Source: a virus. From it: a DNA stretch of 64,000 nucleotides. Positions 9,635 through 22,400 of the stretch are shown one piece after another (the first letter of the stretch is position 1; each line of letters starts with the position of its first letter). The notes beneath the pieces are model-generated. The model was not told the origin of the DNA. It searched no databases and saw nothing but the letters and a program-made list of their open reading frames with translations. Made by a program: the position numbers and the translations under genes. The stretch lies in IMG/VR virus record IMGVR_UViG_3300044634_004833, positions 32,001 through 96,000 of that record; one strand, given 5' to 3'.

Positions 9635-10330
9635 ATGAGAAAAAATAAAAGAATATCAAAAAAAGACAACACCGAAATAATTTCAACAAATGTTGCCCCA
9701 AAAAAGAAGGCTGGAAGTTTTCATTTTGAATTCTTAAACGCCCAGCAAAGAAAAGCATGGGAAACTATTGAACAAAATGAAATTACATTCCTAATAGGAC
9801 CCGCTGGTTCTGCTAAAAGCTTCATTAGTTCAGCATATGCTTGTTCTTCTATCCTAACCAAAAGACAGCAGAAAATACTTCTTACAAGACCTATTGTTGA
9901 AAGTTCGAGAGGCCTCGGATTTTTGCCTGGAACGTTCGAAGAAAAGGTGAATCCATATATAACACCTATTTACGATGCTCTTGATGAATTAGTTGGTCCA
10001 GTTGGATTCCAAAGAGAAATAGTAAACAAATGCATTCAAATTAGACCTTTGAATTATTTAAGAGGATGTAATTTTAATGATGCTATTTGTTTGATGGACG
10101 AAGCTCAAAATAATAATTTTAAAGAATTAATGTTATACATTACAAGGCTTGCTAAGAATAGCAAGATGATTATAAATGGCGATCCTAATCAATGTGACAT
10201 ATCAGACAGTGCGTTGATGGATGTGGTGAAAAGATTAGAAGGTCTGCCCGGCATTGGGATAGTAAAATTTGATGCTTCTGCAATTGTAAGAAATCCTCTA
10301 ATATCAAGCATACTAGAAAGACTATCCTAG
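9635..10330 (+). CDS. phoH: PhoH-family ATPase
   Basis: GPAGSAKS, LTRP, LGFLPG, LRG, MDEAQN, GDPNQCD. Confidence 0.93.
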   Translation: MRKNKRISKKDNTEIISTNVAPKKKAGSFHFEFLNAQQRKAWETIEQNEITFLIGPAGSAKSFISSAYACSSILTKRQQKILLTRPIVESSRGLGFLPGTFEEKVNPYITPIYDALDELVGPVGFQREIVNKCIQIRPLNYLRGCNFNDAICLMDEAQNNNFKELMLYITRLAKNSKMIINGDPNQCDISDSALMDVVKRLEGLPGIGIVKFDASAIVRNPLISSILERLS

Positions 10331-10339
10331 TGGAGAAGA

Positions 10340-13300
10340 ATGTCAGTTACAATCGATCCTTACTATAGCGGCTCTTATACTGTAACCCAAATAGCAAATC
10401 CCGGTGGATATTGCCCAATTTATGATTATTCAAATACTAATAGAATTCTTATTGGAACAAGTAAGGGTTTTGATCTTGTCGAATTAATAAGAGATTCTAT
10501 AACAAAAAAAATTACTGGCATATCAGCAACTGGTAGAATTAGTAATTATATTAGCACACCGAAAGGTCAATACCCTTCCTATGGAAGCGCATATCTTGAT
10601 GACTATACTTTAATTTATACAGACCTTCAGGGTTATGTTTGTCAAGTAAAACCTGGCGATACCGTAGTTGGCAAAAGGGATAAGGACATATACATAAAAA
10701 CAGGTGTCTTGGACATGCCAATGTCATATTTCACAGAACCTGACACAGGAAAAATTCTTGCAACGGTAGGAACCGATAATCAAGCAGGGCTCGGACAAGG
10801 AACTGTTTATTTTTTTATTGGCGAGTATAAAAATTCATATAACTATCCTCCTTATAAAGACATTATTTTGAATAATACCGGAGAAAGAATGTCTGGGGTA
10901 GAACGTGGCAGCAGAGGAATGGTAATAGTTCCTTTGACATCGGCTTTGTTTCCAAACAAATCTTTTCTTATTATAGAAAGTGGGTTTAATGTATATTCAT
11001 GCGAATATGATTCAAATTTAAAGCCAATACCATCTACCAAGAGGCGTTTTTGTAGCACTCCTGTAGTAGGATCTATACCCCCAAGATTTCGTGGTGGATT
11101 TATTGACCCGGTAACAAATGACTTTGTTTTATTCTGGTCCAACTATACTTACATTATTTCTGGATTTGCGGCTCCTACACAACAAGAAGTGATTCCGCCA
11201 AATACTAATTGTTATTCTGCTGGTGACAATAGCCAAGGTTCTTTTGGATTATTAAACAATATAACGCCTTTGTATTATTTTACAAAAATCGGCAGAGACA
11301 AGAGCATTTATTCAGCTAAGGCTGGGCAAAATTTTTCTGTCATACTTCAAGAAGATGGTAAGTTATTTGGCACTGGATTGAATGATCAAGGGCAGCTTGG
11401 CAATCCTTCTGTATCTTTAAGTCTTAAATTCATTCAAATTGGAGTGGATTCTGACTGGAGTGATTTGGCAGTAGGCGGCAGCCATATTATAGCATTGAAA
11501 TCTAATGGGGATATGTATGGTTGTGGTTCAAATAGTTCTGGACAACTTGGACAAGTTGTTACAACTACAAAAGTAAATTCGCTAACAAAACTTAACAATA
11601 CTAAATGGAGTAAAATTTCTTCTTTCAATAATTTTACTTTTGGAATAGCTTCTGATGGAACGTTGTGGTCAACTGGGGACAACTCAAAGGGACAGCTTGG
11701 AAGAGGAACAAAAGTAAATTCTTATCTGTTTAGACAAATAGGTACAGATACTGATTGGGTTGATGTATCATGTGGATATGATTTTACATATGCAATAAAA
11801 AGCAGTGGAGAAGCTTATGCTGTTGGAAATAATGAATATGGTCAATTAGGAATTGGCAATACATTTGATCAATTAGTATTTACAAAAACAGGATTTGATA
11901 AAAATGGAGGAGTTACTAAATTTAGAAAAGTATCAGCAGGAACGACCCATGCTATGGGATTAACGAAAAACAATCTGATGTATGGTGTTGGATACAATCT
12001 TTATGGAGAATTAGGATTAGGAGATAAGGTTTTTCGAGAGTATTTTACTAAAATAGGAACAGATGTTTGGTCGGAAGTATCTGCTGGATCGGGATATACT
12101 TTAGCCATAAAATCAGATTCTACATTATGGGGAACTGGTTCTAATTATTTGGGGGTTATTGGTCTAGGCTCTGTATCTTCTCCTACTAAAGATATTAACT
12201 ACACAAGCTTTACACAAATTTTATTACAATCAGTTAATTCGCAGCCTTCTTGGCTTAGAGTGTTTGGTTCTTATGACCAATCAATTGCTTTGACAACTTA
12301 TAGTTTAACATCTAGTACCACAACTACATCTACGACTAGCACATCTACTACTAGTACATCTACTACTAGTACGACTAGTACATCTACTACTAGTACGACT
12401 AGTACATCTACTACTAGTACATCTCCAATACCTAATTATGCTTTTTATGGCGGGTATTATGTAGCTGGCTCAAGAGATAGCAGAGGTAATTTTGCAGGAA
12501 CTAACATAACAGATAAATTAAACTTTTTTTATGAAATTACATATAGGTCTACTGTATCAGATATTTCATATAATACTGATAGGCTTTTTGGTATGTCAGA
12601 TATGACAACAACTGGGTATGTTGCTGGGGGATATACAACTGATGTGTATGATTCTTTTTCAAGTACAATATCAAAAATAAACTATGCAACAGATGTTGCA
12701 AGCTTAGATTCTGCAACTCTTATGCAGGGCAGGTACTATGGCGCTGCTATAACCGATGCAGATAGCAATAGGGGTTATATTAGCGGTGGATATACTTCTT
12801 CTTCATCTGTTAATTCTACAGAAATATTTGATTTTTCAACAGACGTAGTAAGCAGTAATACTAATTCCAATTTATCATCGGCAAGATCTATAATGGCTTC
12901 TTTTAGTGATTCTAGCGCAAAAGGATTTTATTTAGGAGGAATAAGTGGCAATTTAAATAATTCAAATTATAGTATTTTGTCTATTGTCGATAAAATTTAT
13001 TTTCCAACAAATACTACATCTGTATCTTCTATAACACTATCAAATAGTACTTTTGGTGCAGTTGGATTGTTTTCATCTTATTCTTATGGTTATTATGTAG
13101 GAGGATATAGCACTGTAGCATCTCAATCTGTTTCAAGGTTAAATTTTGTTGTAGAAGTACTTGAATCTCTTAGCCCTGCGTCTATTAGTTTAATATCAAT
13201 TAATAGTGCATCTTTAAGTCTTACATACATAAAAGGATTTGTAAGTGGCGGCAGACTCAAAGTAAATGATGCCACTTCAAATGCAACTACAAATATAACT

Positions 13301-13414
13301 TATAGAATTCTTTTTGCTATACCTGAATCTGTAGCGGTTGCCTCTGCGGCAAGTCTTTCAGAAGCTAGGTGGGGACTTGCTGGAGTTTCTTATTCTGCTG
13401 ATGCTAAATGCTAA
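10340..13414 (+). CDS. modular fibre/adhesin-like protein (beta-rich domain + RCC1 repeats + Thr/Ser linker + Kelch-like repeats)
   Basis: repeated G.N..GQLG / W..VS.G RCC1 units, STTST linker, GYxxGG repeats; no signal peptide. Confidence 0.75.
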   Translation: MSVTIDPYYSGSYTVTQIANPGGYCPIYDYSNTNRILIGTSKGFDLVELIRDSITKKITGISATGRISNYISTPKGQYPSYGSAYLDDYTLIYTDLQGYVCQVKPGDTVVGKRDKDIYIKTGVLDMPMSYFTEPDTGKILATVGTDNQAGLGQGTVYFFIGEYKNSYNYPPYKDIILNNTGERMSGVERGSRGMVIVPLTSALFPNKSFLIIESGFNVYSCEYDSNLKPIPSTKRRFCSTPVVGSIPPRFRGGFIDPVTNDFVLFWSNYTYIISGFAAPTQQEVIPPNTNCYSAGDNSQGSFGLLNNITPLYYFTKIGRDKSIYSAKAGQNFSVILQEDGKLFGTGLNDQGQLGNPSVSLSLKFIQIGVDSDWSDLAVGGSHIIALKSNGDMYGCGSNSSGQLGQVVTTTKVNSLTKLNNTKWSKISSFNNFTFGIASDGTLWSTGDNSKGQLGRGTKVNSYLFRQIGTDTDWVDVSCGYDFTYAIKSSGEAYAVGNNEYGQLGIGNTFDQLVFTKTGFDKNGGVTKFRKVSAGTTHAMGLTKNNLMYGVGYNLYGELGLGDKVFREYFTKIGTDVWSEVSAGSGYTLAIKSDSTLWGTGSNYLGVIGLGSVSSPTKDINYTSFTQILLQSVNSQPSWLRVFGSYDQSIALTTYSLTSSTTTTSTTSTSTTSTSTTSTTSTSTTSTTSTSTTSTSPIPNYAFYGGYYVAGSRDSRGNFAGTNITDKLNFFYEITYRSTVSDISYNTDRLFGMSDMTTTGYVAGGYTTDVYDSFSSTISKINYATDVASLDSATLMQGRYYGAAITDADSNRGYISGGYTSSSSVNSTEIFDFSTDVVSSNTNSNLSSARSIMASFSDSSAKGFYLGGISGNLNNSNYSILSIVDKIYFPTNTTSVSSITLSNSTFGAVGLFSSYSYGYYVGGYSTVASQSVSRLNFVVEVLESLSPASISLISINSASLSLTYIKGFVSGGRLKVNDATSNATTNITYRILFAIPESVAVASAASLSEARWGLAGVSYSADAKC
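12313..12425 (+). repeat. tandem repeat encoding a Thr/Ser linker
   Basis: 24-nt unit ACTAGTACATCTACTACTAGTACG about 3 times. Confidence 0.8.
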
Positions 13415-13466
13415 TGTTTTGCTATTAAAAAAGATATATATTATGTATTCTTAAGAAAGACATTAA

Positions 13467-16400
13467 ATGGCAACAGGTTATCTTTACTCTTTTGGTGCAA
13501 ATAATCACGGACAGCTTGGTTATGGAACCTTTAGTAATAATTCTTATAGTTTTCCAGCAATTGTAGGAACTAATTACAATTGGACTGAAATATCAGGTGG
13601 TCATCAGTGCGCCTTTGCGATAAACACAGCAGGCGAGATGTATTCTTGGGGATATGCTGGAGGCGGTCTTGCTTTAGGGACTGGGGCAACAACTGATCAA
13701 TCTTCCCCTGTTAGAATTGGCACTAGTTTATGGTCAAAAGTTTCCGCTTTGGGAAGAATAGGCGGAACAAATGCTTTTGCTATTAGGAATGATGGAAAGC
13801 TTTACTTCTGGGGCTCTCTTGCAATAAGTCCTGCAAAGAACGCAACAACTCCCACACTTTTAGATGCTTCCACAAATTGGTCTGTTATTTCTTCAGGAAT
13901 GGGTTTTGGATTTGCAATTAAAAGCGATGGAACTTTGTGGAGTATTGGAACAAATCAATATGGGCAATTAGGACTTGGAGACACAACACAAAGAACAACA
14001 CTTACCAGAGTGGGTTCTGATAGTGATTGGGCTTATGTTAACTGTGGAGATGCTCATACAATTGCCATCAAGACAGATGGAAGAGTTTATGGCTGTGGTC
14101 AAAATTATTATGGGCAACTTGGACAAGGAAATGCAACAAATTTATCTGTTCTAACACAGATTGGAACCAATACATGGTGGTCTAAAATTTATGCTGGAGA
14201 GCATTCAACTTTATTATTAAAGAATGATGGAACAATATGGGGAACTGGAGCTGAATCAGATTCTATTTTTGGATATGCTGCATCTACAAATAAATTAAAT
14301 TTATTTCAATGTATAAAACTTGGTGGTAGTTGGTCAAGGTTGGCTCTTGGACATTTGTTTGGAATTGGACTGAAAACTGATGGAACATTGTGGGGATGGG
14401 GATTCCAGCCAGCAGGTTATTCAATAACTCCATCTAAAACAACCGCATATACAGATTATGTTGATATTACAGCGGCAAATAACGCAGGATATATTTTAAA
14501 AACGAGTGCAATACCAACAACAACTTCCACAACAACAACTTCCACAACAACAACTTCCACAACATCTACAACATCTACAAGTACTACAAGCACATCTACT
14601 ACATCTACTACTACGACGACTACAACAACTTTGCCACCTTTGTTAACATGGGCTCAGAGAACGAGGCCGTCAAATTCAGTTACTTCTTCAAGTTTTGACA
14701 CAACAGTTCAAAATTTTGTTCTTGTTGGCAATAGCACATATGGTATTCTTACTCCAAATGGCATAGCCTATTCGACAGTAAGTCTTTTAAATAATTTAAA
14801 TTGGACAAATGTTGAGTTTGGAAATGGAATATTTTTTGCAATATCATCTCCTGGAACTTCATTTTCTAAATCAAATGATGGAGGAAGCACTTGGATAAAT
14901 GTCCCCTCTCCAAACACATCATATCAATATTCTGCTTTAACTTATGGAGCAGGCAAGTTTGTCACATTGGCAAAAAACACAAATATTGCGTACTACACAA
15001 CAAATAATGGAGTTAGTTGGGCACAGTCTACTTTACCATATAGTGCAAATTGGAAAAGCATAGCCTATGGCAACAATTCTTTTTTAGCGGTTGATGACAC
15101 AAACTTATTTGCATTAAGTACAGATAATGGCCTTACATGGTCTCAAGTAAATTCTTATACAAACGGAACGTGGTCTGAAATAACATTTAAAAGCGGTTAT
15201 TTTGTTGTAGTAGGAACTTCTTCAAATGTTAGTTTAAGAACATCAAATGGATACGATTGGATTCGTGGAACTCTTCCGGTGACTCAGGATTGGAATTCTG
15301 TTACTTCTTCTAATGATTTATATGTTGCCGTAGGAAACTCTGCAATAGCTGCGTCTTCTTATGATGGCTTAACATGGAGAACAGAAAATATGCCAGCTTC
15401 TGGAAACTGGATAACAGTTTCTTATGGTGGCGGTTTATATTTGGCATCTCAGGACTCTTCAACAATAGCAGCAACCGCTGGAACAGCTCCCACTACAACA
15501 ACAACTACTACTACAACTACAACAACTTCTACAACAAGTACAAGTACAACTTCTACCACAAGTACAAGCACAACTTCTACTACAACAACTTCTACCACCC
15601 CTATTCCAGCCCCGCTTATTTGGTACTTGGGTAGCCAGCCTTTAATAAGCAGTAGTGTTTGTGCATTTGGAAATGGATATTTTGTACTATTAGATAATGC
15701 TTCTTCTTCATCTTTGCGGACAACAAATGGTAATGTCGTATCGGTAACAAATACTAATACTAATCAAGGATGGAATGATTTATATTTCGCTGGTAGTTTT
15801 TTTGCAGTACCTGCTGGACCATCATCTGTATGGGAGACTTCTTCTGCTGGCGCTTCTTGGTCTACAATTTCATCTCCTAATTCTTTAGGAGAATTTAAAA
15901 GCATTGCCGCTGGAGGAGGTAAGTTTGTTGCTCCTCAATATAACTCTGGTAATTTTTATTATAGCTTGGATGGTGGTGCAACATGGAACTTAACTGTTAA
16001 TTCAATTTCTTCAAATTGGAAAAAAATTGCATATGGAAATGGAATATTTTTAGCATTATCAGATAATAATCCAGTTTGGTATAAAAGTACAGATGGAATT
16101 TCATGGGTGCAGGTTGTACAGGGAGATTTTACAACTTGGTCTGATTTAGTATTTGGAGGTGGTTATTTTTACGCCTTATCGTCTGCTGGAAAAGTTGCAT
16201 CAACCACAGATGGTATTAGTTTTTATTCTACAAATTTACCAAGCTCAGGAAATTGGTCATCTTTAACTGTAGGCGAAGACATAATAGCTGCAGTTGCAAG
16301 CGGATCTGAAACAAAAACTTCCTTTGGATACATTTCTAGTTTGCCGCAGTGGTCAACAGCCTTGATGCCTGTTTCTGGTGATTGGCGATTTGTTGAATAT

Positions 16401-19400
16401 GGAAATAATATTTTCTTTTCTTCTAGTTATAATTCAACAGATACAGCCTATACTGGCCTTGTTCCAACTACTACAACAACTACTACAACTACTACATCTA
16501 CATCTACATCTACAACTTCTACAACAACTACATCTACAACAACTACATCTACTACTTCAACAACAACAACATCTACTACTTCAACAACATGTGCTCCTGT
16601 TTGCGTTTCTGTAAATAGTTCAAATATGTTTAATCAAACATATTTATCTTGTCCAGATGATGGTTATTATTATGAAAATGCAGAAATAGGTTCTGGAACT
16701 GCTACTCAAGAATTTGCAATAAATTGTACAGGAACAATTAAAGTTGAATGTTTTGCAAATAATATTTTTGCAAATGTAGATGTCACAATAAAAACATCTG
16801 TTTCTTCAACACCTTTTACAGTTGCAGTTAGTAAATCTAATCCATTAAATACAACATATTCTGTTTTATCCGGCGGAACGATTTCTTTTTCTTTTCCGGC
16901 TTCAACATATTTTGGTATTGCAGCAGTAAGTGGCAAAGTATTAACTTATAGACCTGTTACAACGACGACTACTACAACTACAACAACAACTTCAACTACT
17001 AGTACTACTAGCACAACTAGCACAACACCTGCTCCTGTTCCAAAGGTAACATGGGTTCAAAGAACATCCCCTACTTTAAGTACAAAAAATATAGTTTATG
17101 GAAATAACGATTTTATAATTCTAAGTGATTTTAATACTACTGCTTATAAAACATCTGACGGCATTACTTTTACGCCAATAACTCTCCCTATTTCTAATGC
17201 ATGGAATTCAGTCGCTATTGGAACTAATTATTTCCTTGCTTCAACAAATGCATCTCCATATTTTATTGGTTCATCTGATGGAACCAACTGGCTTACAGTG
17301 AATTCTCCTAATTCTACGGATAATTTTACATGTTTGACTTATGGAAATTCAAAATTTATAACAGTAGGGGATAATACTACTTCTTTGTATTATAGTTCAG
17401 ATACAACCAGCTGGACATTAAGCACATTACCAAATGCTAGAGCTTGGACATCTGCAGCATACGGCAGCAATAAATATATAATTGTTGCAACTGGAACAAA
17501 CAAATATGTTTATAGTTCTGATGCAATAACATGGACTGAAGCAGATTTACCATCAGTTGCAAATTGGTCAAAAATTATTTATGCAAATGGTAGATTTGTA
17601 GCGATATCTTCAGATTCAACAATTTCTGCAATTAGTGTTAATGGATTAACTTGGACTCTTGGAACTTTACCAGCAAGTGCAAAATGGACTGGATTGGCAT
17701 ATGGCAATGGTTTATTTGTTGCCACAGCAGATTCAACATATTCTGCTTCTTCTTTCAATGGAATTACATGGGTTGAAGAATTTTTACCTGTTAGCGGGTC
17801 TTATAGCTCAGTAGCATTTGGAAATAAAACATTTTTAACATCTTCATATAATAATACGGTTGCCGCAACAGCATTTTATGGTGCAGCCACAACAACAACT
17901 ACAACTACTCTAAGTCCATATAATCAAAATATATTTGGATATATTTGTGGTGGTATAAATAATAATTCAAGTAATAATTACATGAGTAAAATAGACATGA
18001 TATTCATGTCAACTGGTGTTGTTTATAGTAGTCCAAATCCATTGCTTGTTCCAAAATATGCAGCAACATCTGTAAGTTCTAGTACTTCGGGATATGTTTG
18101 TGGAGGGTCTTCTTCTTCATATCGTACTGGTAATTATTCAGCATCAATAAATAAAATAAATTATAGTACCAATACAGTTGTTTCTATATCTGCATCTCTT
18201 TCTCAGCCCAGCATTCGAGCTTCTGGATTTTCAACTTCTCAATATGGATACATTTTAGGAGGATTAAGAACGGCTCTTGGCTTGAGATCTACAGATCAAA
18301 TACAGTTTTCAACAGATGTGCAATCATACTTTATACAATCAAATCCTAGTTTTTTTGCTGGATGTGGATTTGCTCAAAGTTCTACAAATGGATATATGGC
18401 TGGGGGATTTGTAAACTCATCAGCGAGTACAGGCTGGCAAAATAATAATTATATTAATGCTTTTGGTTTGACAACAGGAATTACATCTCTTGTTTCTTCT
18501 TTTATTTCTGATAATTTTTATGGCACTGGACTTCAATCTGTATTAAGAGGTTATTTTGTAGGTGGAAGCACAGTTAATTTTGTTCCGACCAAAAACACTT
18601 ATGCTCTAGACTTTTCAACTAACACATATTTCTTGAACAGCTATAGCATGTATTATGCGAGATATTGTGCTTCATCTGTTTCTGGAAGCACTTTGGGCTA
18701 CATTGCTGGAGGATCTGATTCTTACAGTGCCATTTCCACAATTGAAGTTTTAGATTTTAATACAGACATTTATTCTCTCAATAAATATGCTCTCACCCAA
18801 CCAACTACTGGCTCAACAGGGAACATGGTATCAGTTACTGTGTCACCTGCAGAGCCACCTCCCGGCGTTTCTTGTTATGTTACAGATTATTATAGAAATA
18901 AATATGATGTTTATGATTTGGGAAGCATTATAGGATACGATGAAGTTTATTCCATTGCTTTTAAAAATGGATTTTCAAATATTTTGACTGCATCTGTAAA
19001 AGATGGAACTTCCAATAAAATATTAGAGATTCCAGTAAGAAGAGACGCTTTAACAAACAATGTTGTTTCTTTGGGAATTCCCACAGTTATAAATACAATT
19101 CCTGATTTAATTTGGGGCAATATGTTTACTGCTCCAAATGGCACTTTGTTTGCTAACAAAGATAAGCCAGTAGCAGACGGCGCATTTACTTTGTGGCAAA
19201 TTAATTCTCTTGGAAATTTTGACGAAACAAATTTGTCTTCAAATGGGATAATTTCTGAGAAGTATGGATTGGGAGGAGTTTCCATAGCTCCAGATTCTCA
19301 CTATGGTTCTGGGAAAGCTGCTGTATTAACTGTTGAAAATTCTTATTTTTATCTTTTTGAAATAGAAGAAACAGTTGATGACTATTATTCTTTTGGAATG

Positions 19401-22400
19401 AGGCAACAAAGTGTTGATTTAGATAATAGCTCATCTGGATTTTCATATGTTGCTCCGAATTCAACTTTGCTTAATGAAAACTGGATATTGGTAAATGAGT
19501 ATGAATATGAAGGAAGAATTGTTGCGTATCAATTAGATTCAGACGGAGTGCCAGACAAAACAACAAGAAGAGTTTTTGCAGAATCTGTAATAGACCCAAT
19601 AAGTTCTGCCGTCGATCCATTGACTGGCGATATTTTAATAACTTATTATAATGAATGTACAGGCAAAAGAGCAATATATGTATTTACTGGAGGGTTTAAG
19701 CCTTTTAGCCCAGCATCTCAACCTGCTGCTCTTGGTGGTTCAGATGGTTATTTTTTAGGCGGCTCTGGTGTTAATGGAGCTACAAATGTTATTGAAAAAT
19801 TAAATTATTCAACTGATGTTACAACTCAATCTACATCTACTTTATCTTACTCTATAAATTCTGCATTTTCACTATCTGATGGAAACATAAATGGATATGT
19901 AACTGATGGCGGTCAGTATTTACAAAAATTAAATTATGCAACAGATATAGTTACATCTAGTATTAATAATTTAAGCAGGCAAAGATATGATGGTGGAAGC
20001 ACATCGTTTTTAAATATTAGCGGTTACATTTATGGAGGCCGATTAACACAAGCTAGTACAGAGGCTCCATCAAGTTATACTGATAAGTTTTCTTATTCTA
20101 CTGGTATATTTTCTTTCTTGAATAATTCACTAGAGCAATTCAAGATTTTTACCACTGGTATTTCGGATGCTGCAAGTAGTGGATACTTTTGTGGAGGATT
20201 TAATGGTGTTGGAGCTACAAATGCAGTTGTAAAAGTAGATTATTCTTCTGATACTTTTTCTTTGTTATCTTCAACTCTTTCTGAAAACAGACAATCTCTA
20301 TCTTCTGTTTCAAGTTTTACAAATTATGGTTTTATCGCTGGTGGAATTTCTTCAAGCGCATCTTCTGTTTGTGACAGGCTTAACTTTAGTCAAGAAACCC
20401 TTATTGCAGTTTCAAGTGCTGCTTTGCCTGTTGCAACCTCTGGTTCTTCGGGTCTTTCTCAGGGCGGAATTAAAGGTTATATAGGTGGAGGCAGCAATAA
20501 AGCTGGACCTACTGCAGCAGTATACAAAATAGATTTTGGCACAGAGCAAACATCTTATTCAACTAATTCTTCTCTTTTAACCCCAAGAAATTATCCCGGT
20601 GCTTTAAGCAGGACATACAGCTTCTTACCTCAAGGATATATTGCTGGCGGAAGTGGTTCTAATAGCATAACTGCTTTTACACAAAAAATAGTATTTAATG
20701 TTGATGCCATAGTGAACCAACCAACAGCATATTTGGCAAATCCAAAGTATGGTTTGTCTGGAGTTAGCAATGAATCAAGTAAAGGTTACTTTTTAGGTGG
20801 CTCAACTACTTTCAATGCTAATAATTTTGTTCCTAGTATTGAAAAAATTACATATTCTACTGAATTAACAACCAGCATTAGTTCTGTCTTAGGAACAGCT
20901 AGAGGGTTTGCGTTTAATGTTTCAAATGTTGCAAGCGCTGGATATATTGCTGGAGGAAAAGGAAGCATATTAACATCAATAGAAAAAATAGTTTATAGTA
21001 CAGATGTTACATCTTTGGTTGGAACGGCATCTTTAGCCGTTGGAACAAGCAATGGTGCTTCTCTGTATTCATCTTTGATTGGATACTTCTTAGGAGGTTT
21101 AACCAATACAGGGGCTACTAATTTTATAAGTAAATTTGTTTTTGCTTCCGAAACAATATCTGGATCTAGTTCGGTACTACCAGTTAATGCTCAAAGTTTA
21201 TCTGGTTTATCATTTTTAGATATTACTGGATATGTTGCTGGAGGAATTGATGGCTACTTAATGGGCTCTGTTTACAGTTTATTTTATTCAACTGATTCAA
21301 TTTCCTCTAGTTCGGCATTGTCTTATGTAAGAAGTGGTTTGACAGCAGTAACACAAGGCATTCAAAAAGGATATTTTGTTGGTGGTGAAAACTCTGCTGG
21401 TGCAGTTAATTATATTGAAAAAATTTATTTTCCGAATGGATATTTAAGCAATGTTCAATCTGGAGATTTTTTACAAAGATTCTTTAGTGGAAGTGTCTCC
21501 AAGTTTTCTCAAGGCGGGGACATATCGTATATAATGTCCGGAATAATAAATGTTGAAGGATCATCAAAAGTAATATACCAAAAAGTAGTTGTTGGTTCTG
21601 GGACTATAGTTATAACAGGCAACACAAGATATTCTATTGATGGAACAATATCTCTTCCTTTAACATATAGAATTTTGGAAGGATTAAATACTGCACTTCC
21701 GATAAACTACCAACAGGGAAGGAAAGTTCTTTATGCGTTTAGAGTTGAAGGAGTTTGTTTAAGCCTAACTAATGGAGAGGCCCCATTTATTAACAATGAG
21801 ATTTTGTGTAATTCAAGAAGCATACAGACAATAATTGCAAGCAATCCAAGAGAAGTTTGTCAAAAGTTAATAGATCAAAATTGGATATGGCCAATAAAAA
21901 GATTTCAGCGTTATACAAAGCCAATTTATAAGGAAGATGAATCTTATTTAGAATCTTTTGATTTATATGATCCAAATGATGTTAGATTTGTTAATGAACC
22001 TTTTTGTACATATAAAGAGTGCTTGGATTTCTGCGCCGATTTTATCATTACAGAAACAATTACCTTGCAAAGTTTTTCTTTATTGAGTAGCAATGCTGTA
22101 ATTATGGAAGGAAATGTTTACGTTTCTGGAAGTGTTGCAATAACTTCATCTAAATTTAAATATACTGGTTCTGGAACGATAATAATAAATGGCTATTTTG
22201 GTGTTTCAACAAGTTGGACTGTAACAAATTATACTGGTTCTGGTAATATTCTTGTAACTGGATCTTCTACAGTTGAATCATCTTATTTGGGAGAATTTGT
22301 TGAAGACTGCACTATACTGTCTGAAATAACTCCAATTGAATTTATTTATGGAATTACATCTGGACTTGAGTTAAAATCAATTTCTAATAATTTGCTTATT

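Noticed and set aside
15374-16614. Alternate-frame ORFs rich in Tyr/Asn or Leu/Gln
   Set aside because: Frame shadows of the ACA/ACT Thr repeats in the 3159-aa gene
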